Below, piece by piece: positions 37,076 to 49,881 of a stretch of 64,000 nt of DNA (its first letter is position 1; every line of letters begins with the position of its first letter). The notes beneath the pieces were generated by a model. That model was given only the letters and a program-made list of their open reading frames with translations. It made no database searches and was not told the DNA's origin. The stretch is from assembly GCA_964035545.1 (NCBI GenBank), contig OZ037767.1, forward strand, positions 8,256,581-8,320,580, written 5' to 3'. This DNA comes from Bugula neritina (lineage: Eukaryota > Animalia > Bryozoa). The translations under genes and the position numbers were made by a program.

Positions 37076-37831
37076 CACAGGATAGTTAAGGGCAACCTTT
37101 TAGCTGCAACTGCCTTGCTGAGGTTTGCATTGTAATCATATAAGAATTCAGTACCAGTAAAATAAAATCTCACCTAATTGTGCTAGAGTCAAAATTCAAA
37201 AACTATGTTGTAGATCTTCTTTTTCCCCAGTGTAAGTTTTTTGGAAATTTCAATTTTCATTTTTTTTGCAAAGTTATAGACAAAAAACTGCCCAATTTTG
37301 GCCAATTTTGCCAGAAAAGCTGACTTTTCAGTACCAGTAAAATATCTCAGCAGCAAAACATGATATCTGAATAAAAATTGCATTGCTGGAATCCTAAGAT
37401 ATTTCTCCAGTGCAACTTTTTTTCTTTTTCCAATAACTCTGCTAGATTGCTCACAAATTGGTGATTTATACACTGAAAATGTCATATTTTTTCATAAGAA
37501 ACTAGCAGCGCGCAGTGCTTCACGCTTCGATGAGCACGTAGGGATGAGAAGATATTGGCGCGTACATAATAATTACAGGCTTGCTAGCTGGCAGGCTATA
37601 ATGAATAGCTTGCTTGATGCTGTGTTTATGTAGCACCAATAATGGAATGTTGATAGATGACGCAGCCCTAATGAAGGTTGCTGCTTATTGGTTGTAGTTT
37701 AATCTTAGGCTAAACAATTGCAAGTAGGCAACACGCATGCCACCCGCAGAGCAATATTATTCAAGAACCTGAACTACATTTTGAGAAAAAATTATGATAT
37801 TCTTGCTGAGGATGCCCTTAACTATCCTGTG
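37076..37831. mobile_element. CACTA/EnSpm-like non-autonomous element (756 bp)
   Basis: Same TIR and body as 14065-14820; TSD AT. Confidence 0.9.
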
Positions 37832-38146
37832 ATGACACAACTCAATAAATGCATGGCATCCACATATGTGGACACTAATTTTTTTTGACATGCACTGAGT
37901 GAAAATTGAAAAACCTGTAAATTTATGTTTCGAGACATAAAATCAATTATATTTAGTAAAAAATTTAAAACTTAGCTGTTAGAAAAAGATAATTCATGCA
38001 TGAAAGAGTTAATGATTGTTTGTAACAGTATGAACTTGGTCTTAAATAATTTTTTTTTAAATAATTCAAATAGACCAATGATAGTAATTCTAAATTTTTG
38101 AATAACTTTATAATAATTAAATTAAATAACTTTGGATTTTATATAT

Positions 38147-38425
38147 TGTTATGTGCGACGCACAATAGTTATGTGGGCTTTCTAGTGAGTCCAATTAGCA
38201 TTTAGTCACCGATAACTCAATAGTAGTTTCGATTAGAATCTTTATTGTAATCATACAATACAATGCAAAAATATCTCTGTGTATCACTGAACTTGCTACT
38301 TTACATCACTTTAGTTACGCTCCAACTAACTACTAACTGTTCTGCATGACTTAATACAATCGTTATCTATAACTCTCTGTGATTGGCAGGGGGTGCGCGT
38401 GACGTGTAAACCACGCCCCATTATA
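38147..38425 (-). repeat. Element E 3' LTR
   Basis: Direct repeat of 45349-45625. Confidence 0.93.
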
Positions 38426-38813
38426 CCGCCCCCCCAAGCAGGAAGCATACCTTCCTGATATTTACCCAAACCAAAAAAATAAAACAAAAAAAAACAAAAA
38501 TATAAAACAACATCTGTGATAATATAAAATCTGAGCATCAAAAGTATCACGTATAAGATTGGCATATTTCCAGAAAAAAAAACTTACATATTTGTGAGTA
38601 AAACTACGTGGGAAATGACACTAATTAGACTCACGGTCTATCCACATATCGATATAAAGAAAAAAATATAAAATAGTATCCACGTACGGAGATCATATGG
38701 CATCGAGATCAGAGACGGCCGGGAGAGGGATGAGAGTGGAGAGAGAGTGTGTCACCACCTGCAAGTGTGAGGGGTCGGGAGAAGTGGGGAAGAAGAATAA
38801 TGTTACTAAGAGT

Positions 38814-39888
38814 TCAGTCTTGATCACCTCGCTTGAGTAAAGCCACAGAGGCTTTGAGAGTTTTGAGTTCCGAGGCGGCGGCAGCTACCCTAGGAGTTAG
38901 TCGTTGAACCTCGGCCTCCAGGTCATATATGCATAGCTCAACTTCTTTTAAGTTACGAGCGGTGGGAGCATGCCGTTTTGGAGAGGACGAATGCCAGCGG
39001 CGTTTAGTAGAAGGTAGTGCAGGAACGAGAGAGGGGGAGCGTCGTTTTCTAGGTACTTCGACTCTCTGAAGAAGGACTCTTGGTAGGGTAGTGGGTCAAG
39101 GTACAGTTTGTGCTGGAGGAGAGTGGGGTGGCTTTGCAGATTTCCTGTATCTGGGGGGTTTCGGGCACGGTCCATGGGTGATGAGGCGAGGGGATGGGAA
39201 CCCCTGTTTCAATCGCTCAAAACGGGGGAGATCTTTGATGAAGGGTTTTATTAAATTGAGGAAGGTGGGAAAGTTATACTGATCCACGTCATACAGGTGT
39301 CCCACGTGGCATTCCATGGTGCGTTGGTGTCTGAGGATGCAGTCCCTGTGGTAACTGAATTCACCACAAGGACAGAGGGTGGTTAGGAAATGTTGTGGTA
39401 CATGGACGCGCAAACGGTGATGTGTAGAGAAGTGCTGTTGACACAGCCTGCAGGTGGTGCAATCGTCATGGCCGCGGTGTATCTGGATCTGTTCTTTGGT
39501 TTCTTGTGCAACCCAACTATGTCGTTGGAGTAGTACATCTGGCAGGAAGGTGGGAGGTGTTTCGTCGTTCCAAGCTAGCTCTAGTGGTGGCATGTCTTCG
39601 TAGTTGGGAGAGCGAGTGGCGTCTAAAAGAGCAGAATTATTGTTAGATCGAAATTGATCTTTACAGCATAATTCTGATGACAATCGACTGTTACTAGTCT
39701 GAGAGTCATACATCTTTTTATACGGCACTCGAGAGACTGTGTCAGAACGTGTAAACTGACTGAGAGACATAGTATCAAGCTCCAAATCTAGTAGATCGTC
39801 CGCCATTACTATGTCCTCGTCGTCATTCACGTGTGACTCTGTCTCCAGTAACTGTGTAAGAGTTGACTGAGGTGAGATCTATTTCCAT
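38814..39888 (-). pseudogene. Element E ORF3 zinc-finger/coiled-coil protein (disrupted)
   Basis: ORF 39096-39830 closely matches B ORF3; tail ELCIYDLEAEVQRLTPRVAAAASELKTLKASVALLK. Confidence 0.8.
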
Positions 39889-39929
39889 TAGTGGAGGTGT
39901 TAGATCTAGGAGGAACCCGGTATTTGTAC

Positions 39930-42900
39930 TCATACTTGACGTTCAAGCTTGGATGTGGGTGGATTAAAACCACGTCTACCCTTGACTGCGTCAGCGTAGG
40001 AAAAGGCTGGACAGCGTGTTTGTCGTGCGAGACCGGAACTGTGTGCCCGGGGAGTGGTAATTCCACTTGCTATTCCGTTTTCGCAAAACTTGGTTTTTTC
40101 CGTGGTGTTCATAACTCCCACGCTTTGCTGCCAGTCTTTCCGTACGGCGCCCAGCTAGACTCTCATGCCTGCCGCTTGTAACGTGGTCGCATACGAAGTC
40201 TTGGAGATAAGCTGGGGGTCATCTAGTACGTTGTCCCCTTTCAAGAGGGGAAGATGTACTAGTGGTAAACGCCGGGGACGGTAAAGGGTTTGTTGTAGGG
40301 TATGGAGTTGTGGCCGGGGAAGGTGGGGTAGCTGGTGAGGGAGGTGGTGTACTCACCAGTGGGTTGTTACACTCTACTGGTGGTGTTTCCTGCCTCCCGT
40401 CGGCTGTCATCCCCTCTTCCCGTTTTGCACTTCCGGAAGTATATTTAGTTCCCGAAGTGGTGGTGGTAGCCTTGGGGCCGGACGGCTTGGCGCTGGGGGC
40501 AGAGGGCGCGTCCCCGTTGGAAGGGGTGGCCTCTCTTGCCTTGCCAAGTCTTCTGTCCGCGGCATGACCCACTCATCATTGGGTTTATGCCGCCGCCGCC
40601 CGCGCATTGTTGTCTGCCTCCTGGGCTCTAACAATGGAGGGCACCCCCCGCCGCACCTGGGCTAGCCCAATAGGGTTTCAAGCGGGCTTCATTCTGGACA
40701 GATATCTGTCCAGACCGCTCCAGCTTGTAAGTATGATTGGGCATCGCCTCAACTACTACGTAGGGTCTCACAAACTTAGGCTGTAGTTTAGCCGCCTGTC
40801 CCCGGCGCCTACGGTAGTTGATCATCCATACCCAGTCCTCAGTCTGGTAGAGGGATGGCTCATCAGCGTCTTCCTGTCGCACCTGCCACTGCTTCTCCCG
40901 CAGTATTTCGTGTGCGACTCTCAGACGCTCTATCAATTCCCCAGCGTACTCGTGGACAGAGTAGTCTGGCTCCGGAGTATGATAGGTGAGGTGGTCGGGC
41001 ACGCGCGTCTCACGACCGAGTGTCAAGAGGTTGGGGGTCTCGCCAGTGCTAGTATGTGGCGTGCTGCGGTAGGCCCGCAAGACCTGTGGTAATACAAGAT
41101 CCCATCTCTCCTGGCCTCGGCCGAGTAGTAGACTGCGGAGTGCATCGCCCAGCATCCGGTTGTTGCGTTCGACCACTCCGTTGCCCTGAGGGTGGTATGG
41201 AGTGGTCCTACTTTGGTTTACTCCCCAGAGGCGACAGAGGTCGCTCATCAGTTGGGACTGGAATTGCGACCCCTGATCCGAGTGTAGTTGTTCGGGCAGC
41301 CCAAAGTAGCAGAACACACGCTGGTCTAGTACGCTGGCCACTGTCGGGGCAGACGCATCCGGGATGGCCAGAGCGTCGGCCCACCTAGTGAAGTGGTCGG
41401 TCAGCACTAGGATCAAACTGTTTCCTCTGGGGGTAATGGGCATGGGTCCGACCAAGTCAACAGCTACCACCTGCCGTGGCCTACCAGCATATAGCCTACG
41501 TCATCCCGCTTCTCCAGGGGGATGGCCATGCTTGCTGGCCTGGCAGATTTCGCATTGCTTGATTCTTAGTCGGACGTCACGTTCCATGTTGGGCCAATAC
41601 CACCGGAGCCTTAGCTTGGTAAGCACTCTCCGGACTCCGGCGTGAGCCTGCCGGTGAGTGTCCCATACTAGCTCCCGGCGTATGGCGGCTGGGCAGATCA
41701 CCCTTTCTTGTCCAGGGTGTCCCTGGTCGGCGGCCAAGGTGATGGTCAGCAGGCCATCTGGCCCAATCCGCAGAGAGTCTCAGCGTTGGCAGTATAGCCG
41801 TAATTCGGCGCACCCCTGCCGCAGCTGTTCTTCGCTGGGTCGTTGCCCCTCCCGTTTAGCTCGATATATGTCGGCTACCACCCCAGGGAGGCCCTCCTGG
41901 AGTTTCTGCAGCTCCCTGACATTACGAGCTAAGACAGGGTTGGCTCGGAGGTTGTTGACAGCCTCCGGTGGGTTGGGAACCCTTGGTTTGAGCTGACCTT
42001 GGTCCCAGTCGTAGCTTACTTCAGGGTGGTCCAGTGTCGCCAACTCGGATCTTGGGGAACCCCCGTCCCTTCTCTCGATGTTGCAACACTGTTTACACCC
42101 CTCGTCCGGCCGCCGACTCAGTCCGTCCGCATTGCCGTGTTTCCTACCGGGTTGATGTCCGATCCGGTATGAAAACTCGGCCAGGACTTCGAGCCATTGA
42201 GCGACTTGGCTGGACGGTTCAGCTCTCTTACACAGCCAAATCAAGGAGGCGTGGTCCCTCTGCAAGCGGAACGGCCTACCGTAAAGATAAGGCCGGAAGT
42301 GTTTCACTGACTTGATTACTGCCAATAACTCCTTGCGGGTAGTGCAGTAATTTTGCGCGGGGGGGGTGAGAGCGATTTACTATAGTAAGCTATGACTACT
42401 TCACGGCCCTCTTGCACTTGCGACAGCACAGTGCCAACGTTCTGGTCACTGGCGTCCGTGTCAAGAACGTATTCCAGAGCGGGGTCTGGGTAGGCCAGAA
42501 TCGGAGCCTTTAGTAAGCGGCTCTTGAGACTGTCGAACGCCCTTTGTTCGACGGATGTCCACTGCCAGGTCACCCCCTTTGCGGTGAGCCGATTTAACGG
42601 CTGATCGACCCCCGCAAAGTCTGGTATGTATTGTCTATAATACCCCACCAGCCCCAGGAAGGCCCGGAGTTCGGTCAAATCCTGGGGGATGACCCAGTCG
42701 GCTACAGCTCGCACCTTGTCGGGGTCCGTCGCCACGCCATTATGGCCGACCACGTGCCCCAGGTACTTCACCTCCGGCTGCAAGAGAGCGCATTTGGAAG
42801 GTTTGAGCTTGAGACCGGCACCTCGGAGTCGCTCGAAGACCTCCCGCAGACGACTGACATGGGTCGTGAAGTCTGGGGAGATCACGATGACATCATCGAG

Positions 42901-44641
42901 GTAGACGAGCAGCGTCTTCCAGTGGAGGCCGCTGAGAACCTGTTCCATGAGCCGCTGGAAGGTGGCAGGAGCGGAAGTTAATCCGAAGGGCAGTACCTTC
43001 CACTTCCACAGCTCATCTTTGGTGATGAACGCCGCTTTCTTCTGGGCGTCGCGACTGAGGGGGACTTGCCAGTAGCCGCTCAGCAAGTCTAATGTACCGA
43101 AGTACTTGCTGCCGACTAAGGCGTCCAAAGATTCGTCGATCCGAGGTAGAGGGTAGGCGTCCTGTATGGTTACGCTATAAGTTTGCGGTAATCCACACAG
43201 AACCGCCAACTGCCGTCTTTCTTTCGGACCAGAACGACCGGCGAGCTCCACGCACTATGTGCAGGCTCTATGAGGCCGCGGTCTAGAAGATCCCGGACCT
43301 GTCGGCTGACCTCCTTCTCCGGCCCCAGCCTCCTAGTGGGTTGGTGGATAGGGAGAGTCCCAGCAGCTAGCGGTATCTCGTGACGGACGGCTTTAGTCAG
43401 GCCCACGTCCTGGTCTCCGCTGCTGAACACGTCCCCATACTGGCGTAGCAACTGAGCCATAGCTTGGCGCTCCTTGTTGCCCACGCAGCCTTTGCAGGCT
43501 GACTGGTATAGTTCTTGGACGTGTTCCGGGACGATCCTCCGCCGTACAGATGGGCGCTCTTGGGGACCCTCCGTCGCCTGGCTCAGCGACGGCCCTACGT
43601 CTCCCTCTTGGACCGTGTGGAAGCGGCCCAGTATGGATCCAGACGGTAATGTTACCGACTCTGAAAAGGGGTTGATACACTGCACCAAGATCTCCTCTCG
43701 GTCAGTCAGCCGGTTCAAGCTGTTGGCGAGTTGGATTCTCTTGTGCGTTCCTTCAACGACCCCTAATCCAGAGAGTTGGCGGTCATTCACCCTGCAGTGA
43801 ATAGTCACCCGGGAGCGGCCGGGTACTGTACAGTTGCGCACCACTTGTACGCCCCCGACCAGGGGACGGCCGAACCTATCGACACAGGAAAGCTCCCGGC
43901 CGGCCATTAGTATGGCGGACTTATGGAAATCCATATGGCATTGGTGTCGCTTCAGGAACGGCGTCCCCAGGATGGCATCCTCTTCCAGCTGGCTGAGGAT
44001 GAAAGTTTCTTGGATGGCCAGGTCGCGAACGCGGCCTAGCAGATCTACAACACCGTAGAAGGAGATACGCGACCCGTCTGCGAGGGTGCCAGGTTCCCCG
44101 GTGTAGGGAGCTAGTTCCTTCCTCACCTGGAGAGGGAGGGCATCGAAGACTCATCGGCTGAGGAGATTCGTGTTGCAACCGGAGTCTAGCAAGAACGTGA
44201 CAGCCTTGCCGGCTACCTTCCCGGGTAAGAAGTAGCTCTCTTTATGCGGTTGCAACCTTACTTCCCCAGCATGCGCAGTCTCGGTCAAACGGCGTGCTGC
44301 CCGTTTGGTGGCCTGCTGGTGCCGCCTCTTCGGCAGAGAGGTGTTTAGTTCCCTTCCGATGTCTCGAGGGACCTCGCCGGCCAGCTCCATCACCGGTAGC
44401 TGGCTGAAGCGGTTGGTGATTGGTAGCCTGAACGGTTCCTGTCGCCCATTAGGGCAGCTGGTTCGTCGTGGTATCTGCCATTCACGGGGTACGTCCCGTG
44501 ATTGCTCTCTCTTCGGCCCGTGAGGCCTTCTTCTAGATTGGGAGTCTTTTGAGCGGGGAGGCCCTGGCTTGCCGCTTTTCTCACTCCGATTAGCCCTCTC
44601 TGAGATCTCCCCCTTTGGTCCTCAGTTGGGGGGCCCGGCAT
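39930..44641 (-). pseudogene. pol: Element E pol (fragmented)
   Basis: PR, RT (YLDD), RH and IN motifs across several ORFs. Confidence 0.95.
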
Positions 44642-45248
44642 CGGTAAAGGTCTTTGCCATCCGTTTCAATTTGACGCTCAGCCGGCCCATCTTATCCCCT
44701 AGCAACTGAGCGACCTCCGCAGTGACTCGTGTGCCTTCTGCTTTCTCCGTATATAGCCGCTCGGCCCGGAGATAGTCTTCCTCGACTTGCAGGGCACTTT
44801 CTAGGGTGGTCACTCCTTTCGCTTGTAGTTGGTGGTAGAGACCCACATATTTTAGGGACTGCATGAAGTCAATGAGAGTAAAGTTCTGCCGGTGTGTTTC
44901 TGGCAGGTTGCTGTACGCGCTTCGTGCCAGTCTCTTCACTAAGGCAACGTGGTCGCGGAGTGGTGTGTCTTCCGCTTGGCGTAGCACTTGCAGACGGGCC
45001 CTGGCTTCCAGGGCAGAGGTGCCAAAACGGCTCCGTAGTGCAGTGAATATCTCCGCCACGCTCCGTCCTTGTCCGAACGGTCTAGCGCGCTCCGTCAATA
45101 CCTCCCGCAGTTTGACGAGGGCTACTTGTGGCGGCCACTGAGCGACGTCTGCTACTCCATGGAATTCCTCGATGAATTGTTCTACATCTTCTACACCCGT
45201 GAAAGTGGGAGCGGTCAGTTTATCTCTATACACCTCCTCCATGTGCAA
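44622..45248 (-). CDS. gag: Element E gag (no CCHC knuckle visible)
   Basis: 208-aa ORF homologous to B, C and D gag. Confidence 0.85.
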   Translation of the reverse strand: MHMEEVYRDKLTAPTFTGVEDVEQFIEEFHGVADVAQWPPQVALVKLREVLTERARPFGQGRSVAEIFTALRSRFGTSALEARARLQVLRQAEDTPLRDHVALVKRLARSAYSNLPETHRQNFTLIDFMQSLKYVGLYHQLQAKGVTTLESALQVEEDYLRAERLYTEKAEGTRVTAEVAQLLGDKMGRLSVKLKRMAKTFTDAGPPN

Positions 45249-45348
45249 GAAATTGACTGGCTTACCTCCTGGGTCTTCTGTTGTATGTTCTGTTATGTTT
45301 CCCGTCTTTTCATTGTCTCAGCTAGAATAATCCCACCGCTGCCACCAC

Positions 45349-45625
45349 TGTTGTGCGACGCACAATAGTTATGTGGGCCTTCTAGTGAGTCCAATTAGCA
45401 TTTAGTCACCGATAACTCAATAGTAGTTTCGATTAGAATCTTTATTGTAATTATACAATACAATGCAAAAATATCTCTGTGTATCACTGAACTTGCTACT
45501 TTGCATCACTTTAGATACGCTCCAACTAACTACTAACTGTTCTGCATGACTTAATACAATCGTTATCTATAACTCTCTGTGATTGGCAGGGGGTGCGCGT
45601 GACGTGTAAACCACGTCCCATTACA
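45349..45625 (-). repeat. Element E 5' LTR
   Basis: Direct repeat of 38147-38425, adjacent to the PBS. Confidence 0.93.
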
Positions 45626-45842
45626 ATATATAATCAACCTATTAAACTGCACTTAGATAATTATTAGTAATAGCTAGCTGATTGAGTTACTTATTAAATT
45701 TGCAGTCAACAAATCTAATTATGTAATAACAAACACATCCATTGTTACAGTAATCATATTATCAATCTTTATGAATAATGTTTTGGGTAAATCACATAAT
45801 AATTTAATTTGCAAAATAATATATTGTTTTGACTGTAAGATA

Positions 45843-47604
45843 CACAGGATAGTTAAGGGCAACTTTGTAGCTGCAGTATACCAGTAAAATAAAATCTCAC
45901 CCAATCGTGGTAGAGTCAAAACTTAAAACTATGTTGTGGATCTTTTTTCTCCAGTGCAAATCTGTTGGAATTCTTAATTTTCTTGTTAAGTTATAAACAA
46001 AAAAAACACCCATTTTCGGCCAATTTTGCCTGAAAAGCTGACTTTTCAATACCAGTAAAATATCTCAGCAGGAAAACATAATATCTGAATAAAAAATGGG
46101 CTGTTGGAATTCTGACAAATGTGCAAGTTTTTTTGTTTTTCCAATAACTCTTCTAGATTGTATGTAAATTAGTGGTTTATACGCTGAAAATGCCATCTTT
46201 TTTCCCCAAGTAACTAGCAGCGTGCATCACTTCACATTTCAGTGAGCGCGTTATGTACGTAAGAATGATAAAATATTGGCAGTAGGGGTAACGAGGGCTG
46301 CATAATGGTCATGGGGGTAGAAAAAAGCCGGTCAAATTGTGAGAGAACTTATTGACTTAGAGTTGTGATTTTTTTATAATAAGAAGCTGATGACATAGTT
46401 ATTCAGCCATTGTAGTATCAACACTTTGCGGAGCATATATGTTTAAGAGCAGAGTCAAAAACTGTGTTTACCTACTTTTTTGTCTTTTAAGATGTCATTA
46501 AAGCTTCTGTTGTAAATTTATGCTACTCACTGATTATGTGGGTATTTAAAACTTAGGAGTAAATAGAAGATACTGTGTTATATAGGTTAGGGATACCTAT
46601 CAAAGATTTTAAACCTGTAAACCATGACATAAATTGTGACATCAGCACATAAGTTAAAAACACTATAGCATCTAAAAAAAATTTAAGACTGCATTTAGAA
46701 GTAATTCACCATGTTATGTTAAGGAATATTCAAATTGAATTCCTGGTACAGAATCTAGTTCAGGTATCAACATCTGCAAAAGCGGGGCATGGAGTAAATG
46801 AAGTAGGCGTTGTGTCTGAACGAAACGAATAAGACTACAATTGTTGTCCACTACTCAAGCCTAATAATGTGTCACTAATGCAACTTTTCATTTTTTATTT
46901 TTTATAAAATAAATATTTTAGGTCAGTGGTGCTAATCTGCATCTTACGTAGCTAAATATGTAAAGGCAACTATAAGATCACAATTGGTAATTTTGTAGCT
47001 AGTATTCCAAGGAAGACATAGGCTACTGGCTTTCAAAGCTTATTATCAACATTGTCAACATTGCATTTAATAGTTGAACTATGCAGAGAGCTATAATAGT
47101 AGACAGTAACTAGTAATAAGCTCGTTAGCGTCTTCTTACCTCTACGAGTTCAATGAAGGGTGAAGTGATTTGCGATGCTAATTACTTAGGAAAAAATATA
47201 GCATTTTTAGACTGTAAATCACCAATTTATAAAAAGTCTAAAAGGGTTATTGGAAAAATAAAAAAATTGTATTGGAAAAATATCTCAGGATTCCAACAGT
47301 GCAATTTTTATTCAGATATCATGTTTTGTTGCTGAGAAAATTTACTGGTACTGAAAAGTAAGTTTTTCAGGCAAAATTGGCCAAAAATGTGCAATTTTTT
47401 TGTCTAACTTTGCAAAAAAAATGAAAATTGAAAATTCTAAAAAGTTTGCACTGGGAAAAAAGAAGATCTACAACATAGTTTTTAAATTTTGACTTTAACA
47501 CAATTAGTGAGGTTTCATTTTACTGATACTAAGACCTTATATAATTACAATGCAAACCTCAGTGAGGCAGTTGCAGCTAAAAGGTTGCCCTTAACTATCT
47601 TGTG
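45843..47604. mobile_element. CACTA-like element with two inverted copies of the left arm (1762 bp)
   Basis: CACAG..GTG termini, TA on both sides, ~450-bp inverted arms. Confidence 0.8.
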
Positions 47605-47606
47605 TA

Positions 47607-48717
47607 GTAGGTACCCCATGGGTATTCTCCGCCGTCTCCATGGCGGGCTCGACATCCTCCTCCTGCACAGAGTGGAACTTCTCCACTAACAAACCAATTG
47701 GAAACTTCACCAGCTCAGTGAAAGGGTTCACACACTGTAGCAAGAACTCTCCACGCTCACCCAGCCAATTTGGGCTGTTCGCGAGCTGGCCACCTTTAAG
47801 TGCCCCTCCCACCATTCCTAAGTCGGAGAGTTTTCTACAGTTCACTCTGCAGCGAACTGTGGCCCCGAAGCTCCTAGGAATGGTGCAGTGCCATACCCCC
47901 TGCACTCCACCCACCAAGGGCCTGCCAAACCTATTCACACAAGCAAGCTCATGCCCGCCAACATCACCGCTGACTTGTTGAACTCAATGTGGCACTTGTG
48001 TCTCTTCAGGTATGGCATCCCTAAAATTGAATTCTCCTTCAGCTGACTGACGATGTAGGTCTCGCTGATCACTTAACCATGGACTCGACTTGTCAGCTCA
48101 ATCACCCCATGGAATGGAATACATGACTCGCCCGCCAACGTGTCGTGTTCCTGTTCATATGGCTTCAGGTTAGCCCTGTCTCCTGCATTGAGTGTGTCAA
48201 AAAGACACCAGCTCAAAAGATTAGTAGTACACCTAATATCCAGCAGTAATGTTGCAGCATTGCTGGTAATTTTACCGAGCAGGAAATAGCTGCTTCCATA
48301 TGGCTGGGCACTCACTGAGTAGCTCAAATCTGGAGGGGACACCTCATGTGAATGAAGTTGGGGATGCACCTGCGCTTTCTGATTGCCAGAGAGTTTCCGA
48401 GAACTCGTGGGCAGCCGAGTGACATCTCGGCTCTGCTCACACGTGGGCAGCCAAATAAACTCTCGGTCCAACTCTCATGTGGGCAGCCGAGAGAAATTTC
48501 GGTCCTGCTCCCATTCTTTGTACGCTCCCTCCTTCTGCAATCTCTCAAAGCAATTTTTGAGTGGCCAAGCCGGAGGTTTAGTCAAACCTTGCGGTCTGCT
48601 GACTCTTCTGAAGGTTTGCCACTCCGACGAAGGCAGCCTCCTTACCCTGTTGGGTTTGGGCTTTGGCCTTGGTCCCGGAAGATTAAAAAGTCAATGGAAT
48701 CTTCCGTGGGCCGTTGA
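47607..48717 (-). pseudogene. pol: Diverged Gypsy fragment (frameshift region to protease/linker), A/D-like
   Basis: SVSAQPYGSSYFLLGK and RFGRPLVGGVQ match A/D pol. Confidence 0.88.
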
Positions 48718-49126
48718 CTATATGACACAATTAGCACATGATGCCGGGCAAACCTGGAGCAGTACAAGGGTGAGCAGGGCACATTGGTAGAAGAGTCATG
48801 TATTCTTTTCAAGAGCATCATTGAGCTGGCTGATAGAGTCCGAGATCAAGTGGCTTATAAGACATTTATCGTCAGCTAGCTCAAGGAGGTCCCCATTTTA
48901 GAGATGATTTTCTTAACGCCGCACAAGTGCCATATTGACTTTAGCAAGCCGGCTGTGGTTATGGCCAGGCGGGAGCTTGTTTGTGTCAACAAGTTTGGCA
49001 TACCAGTAGTGGGGGTGCTCAGGTAATGCGGCGCTGCACGATTACTAGATGCTTTTGAGCTACAATTCACTGCTGAGTAAATTATAAGAACATTTTTGAG
49101 TTAGGAGTTGTGGAGAGAGCTTACAA

Positions 49127-49881
49127 CACAGGATAGTTAAGGACAAATTTTTAGCTGCAACTGCCTTGCTGAAGTTTGCATTGTAATCATATAAGAATTC
49201 AGTACTAGTATATTAAAATCTCACCTAATTATGCTAGAGTCAAGATTTAAAAACTATGTTATAGATCTTCTTTTTCCTCAGTGCAACTTTTTTGGAAATT
49301 TCAATTTTCTTTTTTTTTGCAAAGTTATAGACAGAAAACTGCACAATTTTGGCCAATTTTGCCTGAAAAGCTGACTTTTCAGTACCAGTAAAATATCTCG
49401 GCAGCAAAACATAATATCTGAATAAAAATTGCACTGTTGGAATCCTGAGATATTTCTCCAGTGCAATTTTTTTCTTTTTCCAATAGCTCTTTTAGATTGT
49501 TCATAAATTGGTGTTTTATACACTGAAAATGGTATATTTTTTCATAGTTAATTAGCAGCGCGAAGCACTTCACGCTTCAATGAGCACAAAGGGATGCGAA
49601 TATATTGGCGCGTACATACTAATTACAGGCTTGCTAGCTGGCAGGCTATAATGAATAGCTTGCTTTGTACTTTGTTTTTGTAGCACCCATAATGGAATGT
49701 TGATAGATAATGCAGCCCTAATGAAGGTTGCTTCTTATTGGTTGTAGTTTGATCTTAGGCTAAACAATTGCAAGTAGGCAACACGCATGCCACCCACAGA
49801 GCAATATTATTCAAGAACCTAAACTACATTTTGAGAGAAATTTATGATATTCTTAGTGAGGATGCCATTAACTATCCTGTG
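49127..49881. mobile_element. CACTA/EnSpm-like non-autonomous element (755 bp)
   Basis: Same family as 14065-14820; TSD AA. Confidence 0.9.

Larger units (their letters stand above)
28059..38008. mobile_element. Possible old TTAA-flanked (piggyBac-like) non-autonomous DNA element hosting D, a solo LTR and a CACTA copy
   Basis: TTAA at both ends and weak terminal repeats; inverted subterminal GTCCACATAT(A/G)TGGA..CATGCA motifs at ~28407 and ~37850. Confidence 0.3.
38147..45625 (-). mobile_element. Ty3/Gypsy LTR retrotransposon E (same family as B, defective)
   Basis: LTRs 38147-38425 and 45349-45625, TSD ATAT, PBS 45330-45347. Confidence 0.96.
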
